Shown one piece after another: positions 7,795-15,889 of a stretch of DNA of 64,000 nucleotides (position 1 is its first letter; each line of letters starts with the position of its first letter). The stretch is from positions 1 through 64,000 of IMG/VR virus record IMGVR_UViG_3300005719_000009, one strand, 5' to 3'. Position numbers and translations under genes: made by a program. The notes beneath the pieces are model-generated. The model saw nothing but the letters and a program-made list of their open reading frames with translations, did no database searches and was not told the origin of the DNA. Source of the stretch: a virus (Duplodnaviria; Caudoviricetes).

Positions 7795-8679
7795 CTATTG
7801 TAAATTAATTTTCTGATATTGTTCATGAAAGTTATATAACCATTCCCGGCAAACATTAACGCGATCATATAGCCTTTGTCGTTCAAAATCACTGAATGGA
7901 TTTATTTTAATCTTATGCACACGCTTGTGCTCTGGTATTTTGCTGAATCGCATTGAATGCTCCCATGTAGGCCACACATCCAACACCTCTGGCGATTCAG
8001 GCGTAGCAGCCCCTAATTTACGAGTCAATGTCCATCTCATGGCCTCAATCATTTCTTCAGGGTAATCAACAAGTATGTTTGCAATATACCCTTCCGGCGC
8101 TCCCGTTATGTCCATATAACCCTGCACCTGTTCCTCTTGTCCGTTTTCAAGCCCAGTATGAATCTTAGAAAGAAAAATAGGGTAGTCGCTGGATTGTTTT
8201 ATATCTGTAATTATTTTAGCGTTCATAACGCTTTCGCCTACATATAAATCAATTTGCCCAGACAAATATTCGTTATATATTCTATCCTTATGAATCGAAT
8301 AAGGAACGCCGTCAACCTTTGTCAATAAGAACGCAGAAGTCAATTCTGTCTTATTCCCTTTCTTAATAGCAACCAAATCAAGCGCTTCTTTCCCGACTGG
8401 AATCATTCCTTCTGTTACAAAAGCGTAATCCTCCATAAGGTACTTGATACATGTGTCTGAAAGTATTATTTTCTTGCCATTTTTTTCTTTCACTTTTAAC
8501 TCGGCTAATTTCTCTTGTTGCTTTTCAGTTAAGCCCTTTTTTTGCAGCTTATCTTCAAGGTCAGCCATTTCCTTTTCTTGGTTCTCGGTCAGCACAGGAT
8601 TTGCACGACTATTTGAAAGAACCTTATTTATTGCAGAGCATCTAACCTTGAAGTCGTTAAAATTAATTTCCTTACCCAT
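7795..8679 (-). CDS. YqaJ/lambda-exonuclease-like PD-(D/E)xK nuclease
   Basis: VRCSAI; G...E; SGQID; ITDIK; QVQGYM motifs. Confidence 0.7.
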   Translation of the reverse strand: MGKEINFNDFKVRCSAINKVLSNSRANPVLTENQEKEMADLEDKLQKKGLTEKQQEKLAELKVKEKNGKKIILSDTCIKYLMEDYAFVTEGMIPVGKEALDLVAIKKGNKTELTSAFLLTKVDGVPYSIHKDRIYNEYLSGQIDLYVGESVMNAKIITDIKQSSDYPIFLSKIHTGLENGQEEQVQGYMDITGAPEGYIANILVDYPEEMIEAMRWTLTRKLGAATPESPEVLDVWPTWEHSMRFSKIPEHKRVHKIKINPFSDFERQRLYDRVNVCREWLYNFHEQYQKINLQ

Positions 8680-8682
8680 TGA

Positions 8683-9156
8683 TTATTTTTTGATGTAATA
8701 AATTCTCGGCCCCATATTATACAGCATATCATTTGTTACATGCTGTATTTGGTCTGAAATATGCTTTAACTTTTTGCCATGCTTCCCCCACATCGTAAGA
8801 CCTTTCAAATTTGCACTTACCATTTGTTTGACTAACTTATCCGGGTGCGTATTCCCTTTGTTGTTATTGCACCCAAAACAGCTTATTACGTATTTTTCTG
8901 TCTGCCCTAATGATAATGGCATCCAATGATCTACTGTAGGAAACAAATCACCAGTTGACCTAAATTTTTCACCACAATAATAACAGTGTGTTGCAATTGA
9001 TTTTGTGTGATCTATTGTTCCGGGGATTATATACGCATGCCGTCTGTGAAGAAATGTTTCAAACGACCAGCTACACGTTGGCCATTTATCTATCCAAAAA
9101 CTCATGTATTCTTTAAGAAGCTCTAATCTGCGGATAGGGTCTACTATTGCTATCAT
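8683..9156 (-). CDS. HNH endonuclease
   Basis: CYYC...TVDHWMPLSLG...SCFGCNNNKG. Confidence 0.85.
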   Translation of the reverse strand: MIAIVDPIRRLELLKEYMSFWIDKWPTCSWSFETFLHRRHAYIIPGTIDHTKSIATHCYYCGEKFRSTGDLFPTVDHWMPLSLGQTEKYVISCFGCNNNKGNTHPDKLVKQMVSANLKGLTMWGKHGKKLKHISDQIQHVTNDMLYNMGPRIYYIKK

Positions 9157-9614
9157 TGGGGCTTTATTTTTCTTTTCAAATCACAAATAGATAAATATCG
9201 TTGATTTAATACTGTTTTTTCTTTGACACCTAATTTAGCCGCGACCTCCTTATATGTCAGACCTTTCAAAAACAACTTAACGACATTTTTCTGCTTTTCC
9301 GGGAGTGATTCTATATGCCTATGCAACGAGGCTATCACTTCTGCATCGATAACCATTAGGTTTGATTCATCTTCAATATCAACCAATTCGCATGTGCTAA
9401 CCCGGCGCTTAACTATATTAATACACTGGTTCTTGATTGTTATCATCAAGAATGCTTTTGCCTTATACTCGGTATCGAAGTTGCCAAATCGCTCCCATAA
9501 TTTCACAAAAGCCTCCATGACTACATCTTCTGCTTCTGTCCTTTCAACAAAGGAAGAGGCTAAGTACATGCACTGCCGAACGTATTTTTCATATATAGCG
9601 GCAAAAGGAGGCAT
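9153..9614 (-). CDS. ECF-type RNA polymerase sigma factor (region 2 + region 4)
   Basis: AEDVVMEAFVKLWE...FLMITIKNQCIN; LPEKQKNVVKL..KGLTYKEVA.KLGV...TV.NQ. Confidence 0.85.
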   Translation of the reverse strand: MPPFAAIYEKYVRQCMYLASSFVERTEAEDVVMEAFVKLWERFGNFDTEYKAKAFLMITIKNQCINIVKRRVSTCELVDIEDESNLMVIDAEVIASLHRHIESLPEKQKNVVKLFLKGLTYKEVAAKLGVKEKTVLNQRYLSICDLKRKIKPQ

Positions 9615-9624
9615 TTACATGATT

Positions 9625-10020
9625 TTATTTTTTAGAATGGCTCTCGTTGGTTTTGTTCAATATATCCTGACTTTCTATTTCAACCAATTCCTCCCTGCGC
9701 TTCATATAAGCCTTTTCAAGAGTCTCGCTGCCCTTAATCAGCCCCTTGTAAATATCAATAGATTTCAGATCATTACACGAAAGAAGCACCTCTGTTGTAA
9801 TGCCTATATTCCTTTTTTCTTGATTAACCTGAATCACCGGGAGATCGTTTGATGTTGAGTTGCGATGTGTTGATGAGTGATACGAATGTATTATTTCTTC
9901 CAGCTTATGAAGTGCTTTTATTGGGTCATCGTCTTCTTCAACAGTAGCCTCAAAGCCAACCCATTTTTTGTCAAATTGAGTTTCCACTTGAATAGTAAGT
10001 TTTGCGCGATCAATTTTCAT
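9625..10020 (-). CDS. Hypothetical protein
   Basis: Co-directional ORF. Confidence 0.6.
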   Translation of the reverse strand: MKIDRAKLTIQVETQFDKKWVGFEATVEEDDDPIKALHKLEEIIHSYHSSTHRNSTSNDLPVIQVNQEKRNIGITTEVLLSCNDLKSIDIYKGLIKGSETLEKAYMKRREELVEIESQDILNKTNESHSKK

Positions 10021-10113
10021 CGGTTGATTTTTTATGTGTAAAAAAAAGGGCTAACAAAAATGAAAGCCCCGACATTATAAACACCTTAGACTATTGAGAA
10101 AATGTTAAGTTTT

Positions 10114-10142
10114 AAAAAATGCCCCGGTCAAGCTACCGGGGC
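10114..10142 (-). terminator. Intrinsic terminator closing the tRNA-like cluster
   Basis: GCCCCGGT-N6-ACCGGGGC stem plus T-run on the minus strand. Confidence 0.7.
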
Positions 10143-10181
10143 AGCACTAATCAAATACCATTAACCATTAAACCTTATCCG

Positions 10182-10253
10182 AGCCTCATGGGTCACTCGA
10201 ATACCCTTGTCATGATTACAAGTCGTGCGGATCACCATCAATCCTTATGAGGC
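10182..10253 (-). tRNA. tRNA-Thr(TGT)-like gene with non-canonical positions, no encoded CCA
   Basis: GCCTCAT/ATGAGGC acceptor; GGAT/ATCC D stem; CACGA-CTTGTAA-TCATG anticodon arm; GGGTA-TTCGAGT-GACCC T arm; A8 and A53.G61 deviate from consensus. Confidence 0.65.
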
Positions 10254-10478
10254 TGTTATTATTCCATGTCCATGTATCCAGCATGAAGTAAGGCTATCAG
10301 CACTCGAATGGGAGTTTTCTGTTGGCTTACGACGCCTTTACATCCTTACCCATCCATCAAGCAGCGCTACTGGTATAGCTTCGGCAAATGATTTTACTCA
10401 CTGGGCCTTTCGTGGTGCGAAGGTCTTGCCGATGTTTAAATTCAGGCAGGGAATAACTATTTAAAAGAACTTAAAAAC

Positions 10479-10549
10479 GCAGGTGTTCTGCCAATTTAAA
10501 CTACCACCCCCGTGCAGGGGGACGCGGGATTCGAACCACGGCTTCCTGC
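10479..10549 (-). ncRNA. Circularly permuted tRNA-like element (T arm, loop-closed acceptor, D arm; open anticodon stem)
   Basis: GCAGG AAGC CGTGG-TTCGAAT-CCCGCG TCCCCC-TGCAC-GGGGG TGG TA GTTT-AAATTGGCA-GAAC A CCTGC. Confidence 0.6.
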
Positions 10550-10566
10550 TGCTATTTAAAATAGCT

Positions 10567-10785
10567 TCATTGAACTTCATTTGTCTTAACAAGTATTTCA
10601 TCAGCCAACTCCGAACACTCATATTGATTTAACTTACCACTTGCAAAAAGAATATTCTCAATAACCTCTCTTCTTTTCCCTGAATGAACCGGGCACATGT
10701 CATAGCCCGCAACAACTGGCTCACCAACATTATTTAACTCGCATATACATCCAGTCAATCTATTGGCATTTAATTTGTCAGACAT
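10567..10785 (-). CDS. Hypothetical protein (CxC...CPVH)
   Basis: ORF between tRNA-like elements. Confidence 0.55.
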   Translation of the reverse strand: MSDKLNANRLTGCICELNNVGEPVVAGYDMCPVHSGKRREVIENILFASGKLNQYECSELADEILVKTNEVQ

Positions 10786-10868
10786 AAAGCATTAATTAAA
10801 AGTAAAAAATAAGAGTCCGCTATAAAGATAGCCATCTCCTTTTAATTCCCTCTAAACCTTATGAAGAG

Positions 10869-10940
10869 TGGAGCGGAATGGGTTCGAACCATTAACCTTT
10901 CGATATGTGCCGACTTCTCTACCAATTGAGCTACCGCTCC
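10869..10940 (-). tRNA. tRNA-Met/Ile(CAT)-derived gene with a shortened, aberrant anticodon loop
   Basis: Perfect GGAGCGG/CCGCTCC acceptor and AATGG-TTCGAAC-CCATT T arm; anticodon arm GTCGG-CACATA-TCGAA (6-nt loop, no U33). Confidence 0.7.
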
Positions 10941-11023
10941 AAGTAGTAGCTTACCTACCAGCAAGTTTTATATAATGTACGAATAAACTAAGTAAGCAAC
11001 AGGACGGAGATTCAATGACTTTT

Positions 11024-11052
11024 AAAAACGCCCCAATGTAGAAACATTGGGA
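11024..11052 (-). terminator. Intrinsic terminator after the GIY-YIG gene
   Basis: CCCAATGT-N4-ACATTGGG stem plus T5 on the minus strand. Confidence 0.6.
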
Positions 11053-11100
11053 CTATCTAACGATTGCTTGCCATATGAAAATTAGATTAACTTTAATATA

Positions 11101-11631
11101 TCAAATAGCGCTCTTAATATCATCCTCAGCCTCCACGTACTCGTTAAGAAATTGATGAATCCTTTCACTAACGGTAACCCATTCAGAAATCGCCCGCCTC
11201 ATGGCAGCTTCATATATAGAAGGGTATGTAGAATATGTACACGTGACCTTATGGTTAGGCTTAACAACGTCCATGCTTCTGCGTATATTAGGAACTTTAT
11301 TTTCGTAATTAAGATAATTTGGTGATTGAAAAAGACGAATGCCTATCGATACGTACTTTTCATAATAAAACCGCTCCCTGCTGCCTCCTTCATCAAGAGG
11401 AACAATTTCAAGTAAAACAATCCCAACATTAAACCCACTTTCTATAATCTCTTTTATATAGTTAGCCCTATCATGCCGATAACCTACCCTACACATGCCT
11501 TTAGATGAATTTAAATGCTCGCGCAACCTATGCAGCAATGGCTTACTCGTAACACCTACATAAAACAAAACACCTGTCCTTGTGTCAATAAGCCCATAAA
11601 CTCTTGCTCTATTTACTTTTTTCTTTGGCAT
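11101..11631 (-). CDS. GIY-YIG nuclease with a C-terminal RHH-like DNA-binding segment
   Basis: VYGLID...FYVGVTS..L..RL.EH; C-terminal TYSTYPSIYEAAMRRAISEWVTVSERIHQFL. Confidence 0.7.
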   Translation of the reverse strand: MPKKKVNRARVYGLIDTRTGVLFYVGVTSKPLLHRLREHLNSSKGMCRVGYRHDRANYIKEIIESGFNVGIVLLEIVPLDEGGSRERFYYEKYVSIGIRLFQSPNYLNYENKVPNIRRSMDVVKPNHKVTCTYSTYPSIYEAAMRRAISEWVTVSERIHQFLNEYVEAEDDIKSAI

Positions 11632-11752
11632 GATTGATGATGACTTTTTCCATGTACCTTTTTACCGGCAACCTGTCTTTTTTTGCAAGAGAAGATAATT
11701 TATTTATCACAGCCACCGGCAAACTAATCAGCTTGTTTTTATCTCCTTTCAT
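11609..11752 (-). CDS. Ribbon-helix-helix protein, 47 aa (not in ORF track)
   Basis: MKGDKNKLISLPVAVINKLSSLAKKDRLPVKRYMEKVIINHAKEKSK. Confidence 0.7.
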   Translation of the reverse strand: MKGDKNKLISLPVAVINKLSSLAKKDRLPVKRYMEKVIINHAKEKSK

Positions 11753-11756
11753 ATAC

Positions 11757-11787
11757 CAAAGATATATACATTTTATATACGGCCAAA
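11757..11787 (-). promoter_or_regulatory. Bacteroidota housekeeping-type promoter (near-leaderless)
   Basis: TTTG-N19-TAtcTTTG, with the ATG 4 nt downstream. Confidence 0.75.
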
Positions 11788-12181
11788 TTTATTTTGGCAT
11801 TTTTATGAATAAAATTTCATCTAACTGAAACATGATGTATTACATGTAATAAAAAAAGCTCAGACGACACTGAGCTTTAAAGTTATGAATAGTTTTCAAT
11901 GAATAATGGAACAGCCTGCCTGATAAGCGAGAGTAAATATAATGAAAAAAGGCTACCGAAGTAGCCGAAAACCTAACCCATGAAAAACCAACCCAGAGTA
12001 GAAACACAGGTTGGACTAAAAAGAAAATTGATAAGTATCCGGGGCAAACATACAATGTAACGCTCATGCGCCAAAATATTAATTACTAACCTTTAATTTA
12101 CAATATTAAAAAATAAAGCCCCGGCACTGCTAATGCAATTCAAACCGGGACTTTATGACGGAACTTTTCAAAAACCGTCAA

Positions 12182-12457
12182 TTAATTATCAGCAATGGAA
12201 TTTATTTCGTCCATAGCCGTTGACATTCCTGCACTCGCTTCTTCAAGTGCATTTATAACATCAACCAGAGAGTCTATTGCAGACTGCATCGCTTCGCCTT
12301 TATCCCCATTCTGAAGACTCTCTGGCATGTTATCGAATTTATTTTGTTCATTCTCTTGTATTTGCTCTATTTCGCCCTTCAGTTCTTCTATCAAATCCTG
12401 AATAGAGCCGCATCGTTCACTGAACTTAGTTAGTTGTTTGCGATCCTGTTTGTTCAT
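12182..12457 (-). CDS. Acidic helical phage protein (E..Q..FDNMPESLQ.G..GE family)
   Basis: Motif recalled from widespread phage hypothetical proteins. Confidence 0.75.
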   Translation of the reverse strand: MNKQDRKQLTKFSERCGSIQDLIEELKGEIEQIQENEQNKFDNMPESLQNGDKGEAMQSAIDSLVDVINALEEASAGMSTAMDEINSIADN

Positions 12458-12590
12458 GGTGAAAAGTTTTTTAATTATGAATTAATGACACGCAAGATAA
12501 CACCATCAACCAACAACCGCAAGCGTAAAAATACTCAATTTCAACAACGGCCTGCGAACAACAATCAATCATTCTATAAATTAGAATAAC

Positions 12591-12806
12591 TCACATCATA
12601 TTCCCGGCATCAGGAAGATGATCACGGTTACCCTCCATCAACTCCTTAAGCCGAGCAAGATATCTATCCAATTCTTCTCTGGTCGGGACATAGGGCACAT
12701 CCGGGCTTTCGGGTATATTACTACCATCGCAAGTATGCTCAATAGGGACGCGCGTTTTTACTCCATGACGGATAAATGAACACGCCTGACAAAAATTTCT
12801 TCTCAT
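12591..12806 (-). CDS. Hypothetical protein with CxxC..HGVKTR..EHTC motif
   Basis: Motif shared with 5506..6213. Confidence 0.65.
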   Translation of the reverse strand: MRRNFCQACSFIRHGVKTRVPIEHTCDGSNIPESPDVPYVPTREELDRYLARLKELMEGNRDHLPDAGNMM

Positions 12807-12829
12807 AAAATAGTTGCCCGCATTTGTGC

Positions 12830-13400
12830 GGCCTCCTATTAGTAATATCCATTCAGGTTACAGCCGGTCAACAAAATCCAAATCAATGTGGATAACTAAA
12901 GTTTAGGATTCTGTCACGCTTCGCCGGTAAACACCGCTAAAAATACGCCCGACAACCGATACGCCATTTCGTCACGGCCAACCAAAATCCACCGGCTACA
13001 GGTAAGACCAGCCCCCTTTACTCGCGTGTCGGCCAGCGAAGCACCCCCGTGGATAAACGACCCCGCGCGCCTTCGGGTTTCGCAAAACTGCTGACCGGGT
13101 AGGTATGCTTTCGACTTTTCGCGTTCATTATTAATGACTTATCGCTGGTTCGCGGGCGTTTTGGGCTTCGGATGAACTGTTTTTGCCGTTTGTAGCCGAT
13201 ATTGATCTGTTGCCGGGCGCTGTTGTGGCGTTGTTATAGCCTGTTTGCGGGGCTATTTGGGGTTTGTGCTGGGTTTGGTGTGTTTGTGTGGAGATCAGGC
13301 CCTTGGCGGGGGCGTGGGGGGGGAGGGGAGGCACACGTGGGCGAAGGTGTTAAAATATAGTTAAGGAGGAACTAGATTGAGTAGTTTTTGGGGGATTATA
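12830..13400. other. GC-rich divergent non-coding junction (candidate origin or genome end)
   Basis: Gene-strand switch; TGTGGATAA at 12887; CGTGGATAA at 13048; G/T-skewed 13140-13340; G-run cluster 13308-13331. Confidence 0.45.
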
Positions 13401-13451
13401 AAAAATAACCGGAATATTATTTGGTATTTATAACGTTACACCATACCTTTA
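13400..13451 (+). promoter_or_regulatory. Early promoter PE1
   Basis: TTTG(13420)-N20-TAccTTTA; about 40 bp near-identical to PE2. Confidence 0.8.
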
Positions 13452-13497
13452 CATAAACAAGCAAACAATATACAATAACAAGCTAAACGTTTAGCAA

Positions 13498-13899
13498 ATG
13501 TCGAACACATTAACAAACACCGAAGTATTAGTTACAGAATACCCTTCTTTTGAAACAGCATGGAGCGCAGCCACCAACACCGTTACTACATTCGCGGCCT
13601 TTCAAGGCATGGAAAGTAAAATTAAATACATTAAGCAGGCGCAACGTTGGTTTGTTACGGAAGACAATGAACTGTACTATTCATATATGACTAATGACGG
13701 CGTTCGTATCGTAACAAAAGCTGAGGTTCACAGTATGTTAAGCAATAGTGCCTTTCAGTACATACAAATAATGGTTAGCCCTGACACTGAATCGAACCCT
13801 AAGCGTACCGGTAAATTACGCTTCAGCGGTCAATTTACAGACAGGAAGGGAGCAATCAACCTGTCAAAGCAATCTGAAGTATTTGCTTTTGACAAATAA
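13498..13899 (+). CDS. First early gene, hypothetical
   Basis: Directly downstream of PE1. Confidence 0.7.
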   Translation: MSNTLTNTEVLVTEYPSFETAWSAATNTVTTFAAFQGMESKIKYIKQAQRWFVTEDNELYYSYMTNDGVRIVTKAEVHSMLSNSAFQYIQIMVSPDTESNPKRTGKLRFSGQFTDRKGAINLSKQSEVFAFDK

Positions 13900-13960
13900 C
13901 ATATCGCTGGCCCGGTTAAATGCCGGGCCACAATACCTAACGAAATAAACAACTTGTATT

Positions 13961-14185
13961 ATGAACACCTTCTTAAACTTGTACAACGAATTTAATTGCG
14001 ATCGTTACGAAATGATTAGGCAAATCACGGACATTAACACCACGCCATTAATCGCACGGATTTACGAACGCGGCATTCAGGAACAATACAACGCAAAATA
14101 CCGACCGCATTATTACGGCCAAAATGCAACAAAACGGCTATCGCGTCAATATGCGCACAATTCATTGCTTTTATCATTGCACTAA
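13961..14185 (+). CDS. Early hypothetical protein
   Basis: Co-directional ORF, A-rich start. Confidence 0.6.
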   Translation: MNTFLNLYNEFNCDRYEMIRQITDINTTPLIARIYERGIQEQYNAKYRPHYYGQNATKRLSRQYAHNSLLLSLH

Positions 14186-14197
14186 ACAATTAACATC

Positions 14198-14392
14198 ATG
14201 CGTACAATAGAATTATTAGAAGATATGAAGAGTTGTGTTACACAAGGGGAAAAGAATATACCAGCGGGAACTATTATGGTAGAATACTATTCACAACTTT
14301 CATGGGTTTACTTCAAAGACAAACAAGGCAACACCATGATAATTATGGGGCATAGTTCCACCGACTGGAATAAAGTTAAACAAATAAATTAA
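14198..14392 (+). CDS. Early hypothetical protein
   Basis: Co-directional ORF. Confidence 0.6.
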   Translation: MRTIELLEDMKSCVTQGEKNIPAGTIMVEYYSQLSWVYFKDKQGNTMIIMGHSSTDWNKVKQIN

Positions 14393-14403
14393 ACACTTAA
14401 TGT

Positions 14404-14640
14404 ATGAAACCAACAAATCATTACATAGATATGTTTCAGCCTGTTATTGACGCATGCAAAACCAGTGAAGAGTATGGGAAGGCATATATACGCATTTCGT
14501 CCTGTGTTGCTGGCATAATATTAGGTCGTGGCGTTAATCAATCACTGGAAGATTATTTGGCCGCAAACCCAGTAAAGAAAGTGTTTTTTGATTGGTGGCA
14601 TTCGGTTAGGCATGATATTAACGCAAAATCTACATTTTAA
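14404..14640 (+). CDS. Early hypothetical protein
   Basis: Co-directional ORF. Confidence 0.6.
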   Translation: MKPTNHYIDMFQPVIDACKTSEEYGKAYIRISSCVAGIILGRGVNQSLEDYLAANPVKKVFFDWWHSVRHDINAKSTF

Positions 14641-14650
14641 ATATACCTGT

Positions 14651-14944
14651 ATGGTTTACTACGAATGGAGTTTAGAATACACTGATAAAGACGGCGATAT
14701 AACAAACAGTGATTTTGCTGACAAGGTTGCAGATTTTGGCGCAGATGTTTTACAGGGGCGGCTGTGTCTTGTCAGAAATACAGGCAATGAAATAGACGGA
14801 TTACAGGAAAGACACTGGGCATATGTAAAAGATGGCAAGCTGCCGGTATTCTTTGAAGATAGCGCAGCCAGTGAAACCACTATTAAAGTACCTAAGCGTT
14901 TTCATGTAGAACTTGCGCATGCTGAAAAACATTTCCAAAAATAA
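14651..14944 (+). CDS. Early hypothetical protein
   Basis: Start re-assigned to the ATG after the upstream stop (MVYYEWSLE). Confidence 0.65.
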   Translation: MVYYEWSLEYTDKDGDITNSDFADKVADFGADVLQGRLCLVRNTGNEIDGLQERHWAYVKDGKLPVFFEDSAASETTIKVPKRFHVELAHAEKHFQK

Positions 14945-14987
14945 CTGGAATATTATTTGGTATTTATAACGTTACATTATATATTTA
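14937..14987 (+). promoter_or_regulatory. Early promoter PE2
   Basis: TTTG(14956)-N20-TAtaTTTA. Confidence 0.8.
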
Positions 14988-15007
14988 CAACATCAAATCA
15001 GAACAAC

Positions 15008-15205
15008 ATGAAACAGACTAAAGTATTACCTCAATTACGCTACAACCAACTGAATATAATTCAGAAAATAAACGCAAAATCTAATGTGTTGACTATTATT
15101 TTAAACCCTACTGTGAGGGTTAGCAAATTGGCTCATTTATACAGCTCGGTATCTTACATATGGCCACAATATTATACTATTCCTTTTGTGGATACTTATA
15201 AGTAA
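15008..15205 (+). CDS. Early hypothetical protein
   Basis: ATG start (MKQTKV); the track's TTG start lies inside PE2. Confidence 0.5.
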   Translation: MKQTKVLPQLRYNQLNIIQKINAKSNVLTIILNPTVRVSKLAHLYSSVSYIWPQYYTIPFVDTYK

Positions 15206-15206
15206 A

Positions 15207-15260
15207 GGTTAACTGATGAGCTGTTATTCAGCGAAACCGGTGTAATATCCGGTCTTAACC
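15207..15260 (+). ncRNA. Type I hammerhead ribozyme
   Basis: GGTTAA-CTGATGA-GCTG/CAGC-GAAA-CCGG/CCGG-TC-TTAACC; full catalytic core, GUC cleavage after 15254. Confidence 0.9.
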
Positions 15261-15277
15261 ACACAAACTGAAACAAT

Positions 15278-15382
15278 ATGAACACAACAACACACATTCA
15301 TCCGCTGTTCCAGCTATTAATAGGAGCTATCATAATAGGCATTGGATTTTATTTTGCATACTATAAAAAGTACAATAACTAA
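15278..15382 (+). CDS. 34-aa single-pass membrane peptide (not in ORF track)
   Basis: MNTTTHIHPLFQLLIGAIIIGIGFYFAYYKKYNN. Confidence 0.6.
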   Translation: MNTTTHIHPLFQLLIGAIIIGIGFYFAYYKKYNN

Positions 15383-15411
15383 TACAATCACCCTTTAATA
15401 ACCTTTTAATC

Positions 15412-15627
15412 ATGCCACAACAATCAGATAATCAAATAGGTATAAATTTTCGCTCCTTATTGGATGGCGAATTGTCCCAATTCATTCCTGATTACAATCA
15501 GCGTAATGAGTTCATTACACGGCTGGAAACCAGATTGATTCAAAACGACTGGATTACATTATCGGCTGGTACTACATTTGATCGCTCATTTATCGCTGGT
15601 CTTGACATAAAATTAATTAACCCATGA
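15412..15627 (+). CDS. Early hypothetical protein
   Basis: Co-directional ORF. Confidence 0.6.
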   Translation: MPQQSDNQIGINFRSLLDGELSQFIPDYNQRNEFITRLETRLIQNDWITLSAGTTFDRSFIAGLDIKLINP

Positions 15628-15860
15628 GCAATACAATTGATCAGCGCGAAAAAGATATTCAGGCGTTATGTGATGCCGTATTATATATGTCACCAAACTT
15701 TTACGACAACCCAAATGGTGGCTATGAAAGTACTTGCCCTATTTGTCAGGCAATGGAAAGTCGGGGTGGCAGTACAGATATATGGGCCTCAATGGGCGAA
15801 TTAACACACAAACCGAATTGCGCCTATCTTATAGCCAAAGATTTATCTACAGGACACTAA
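15624..15860 (+). CDS. Early hypothetical protein (CPIC...H.P.C metal-binding)
   Basis: Motif; ATGA overlap. Confidence 0.65.
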   Translation: MSNTIDQREKDIQALCDAVLYMSPNFYDNPNGGYESTCPICQAMESRGGSTDIWASMGELTHKPNCAYLIAKDLSTGH

Positions 15861-15889
15861 ATTGATTAACTAATAAACTGTATGTATTT

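Noticed and set aside
10280-10350. RNase P-like RNA (AACAGAA, GCCTTA)
   Set aside because: The GAGGAAAGUCC element and the overall length are missing
10225-10464. 79-aa plus-strand ORF
   Set aside because: Antisense to the tRNA-Thr-like gene and the structured RNA region
10140-10870. HDV-like (theta) ribozymes after the tRNAs
   Set aside because: No nested double-pseudoknot pattern found 3' of either tRNA
13131-13334. 67-aa P/Q/T-rich ORF
   Set aside because: By-product of the G/T-skewed non-coding tract
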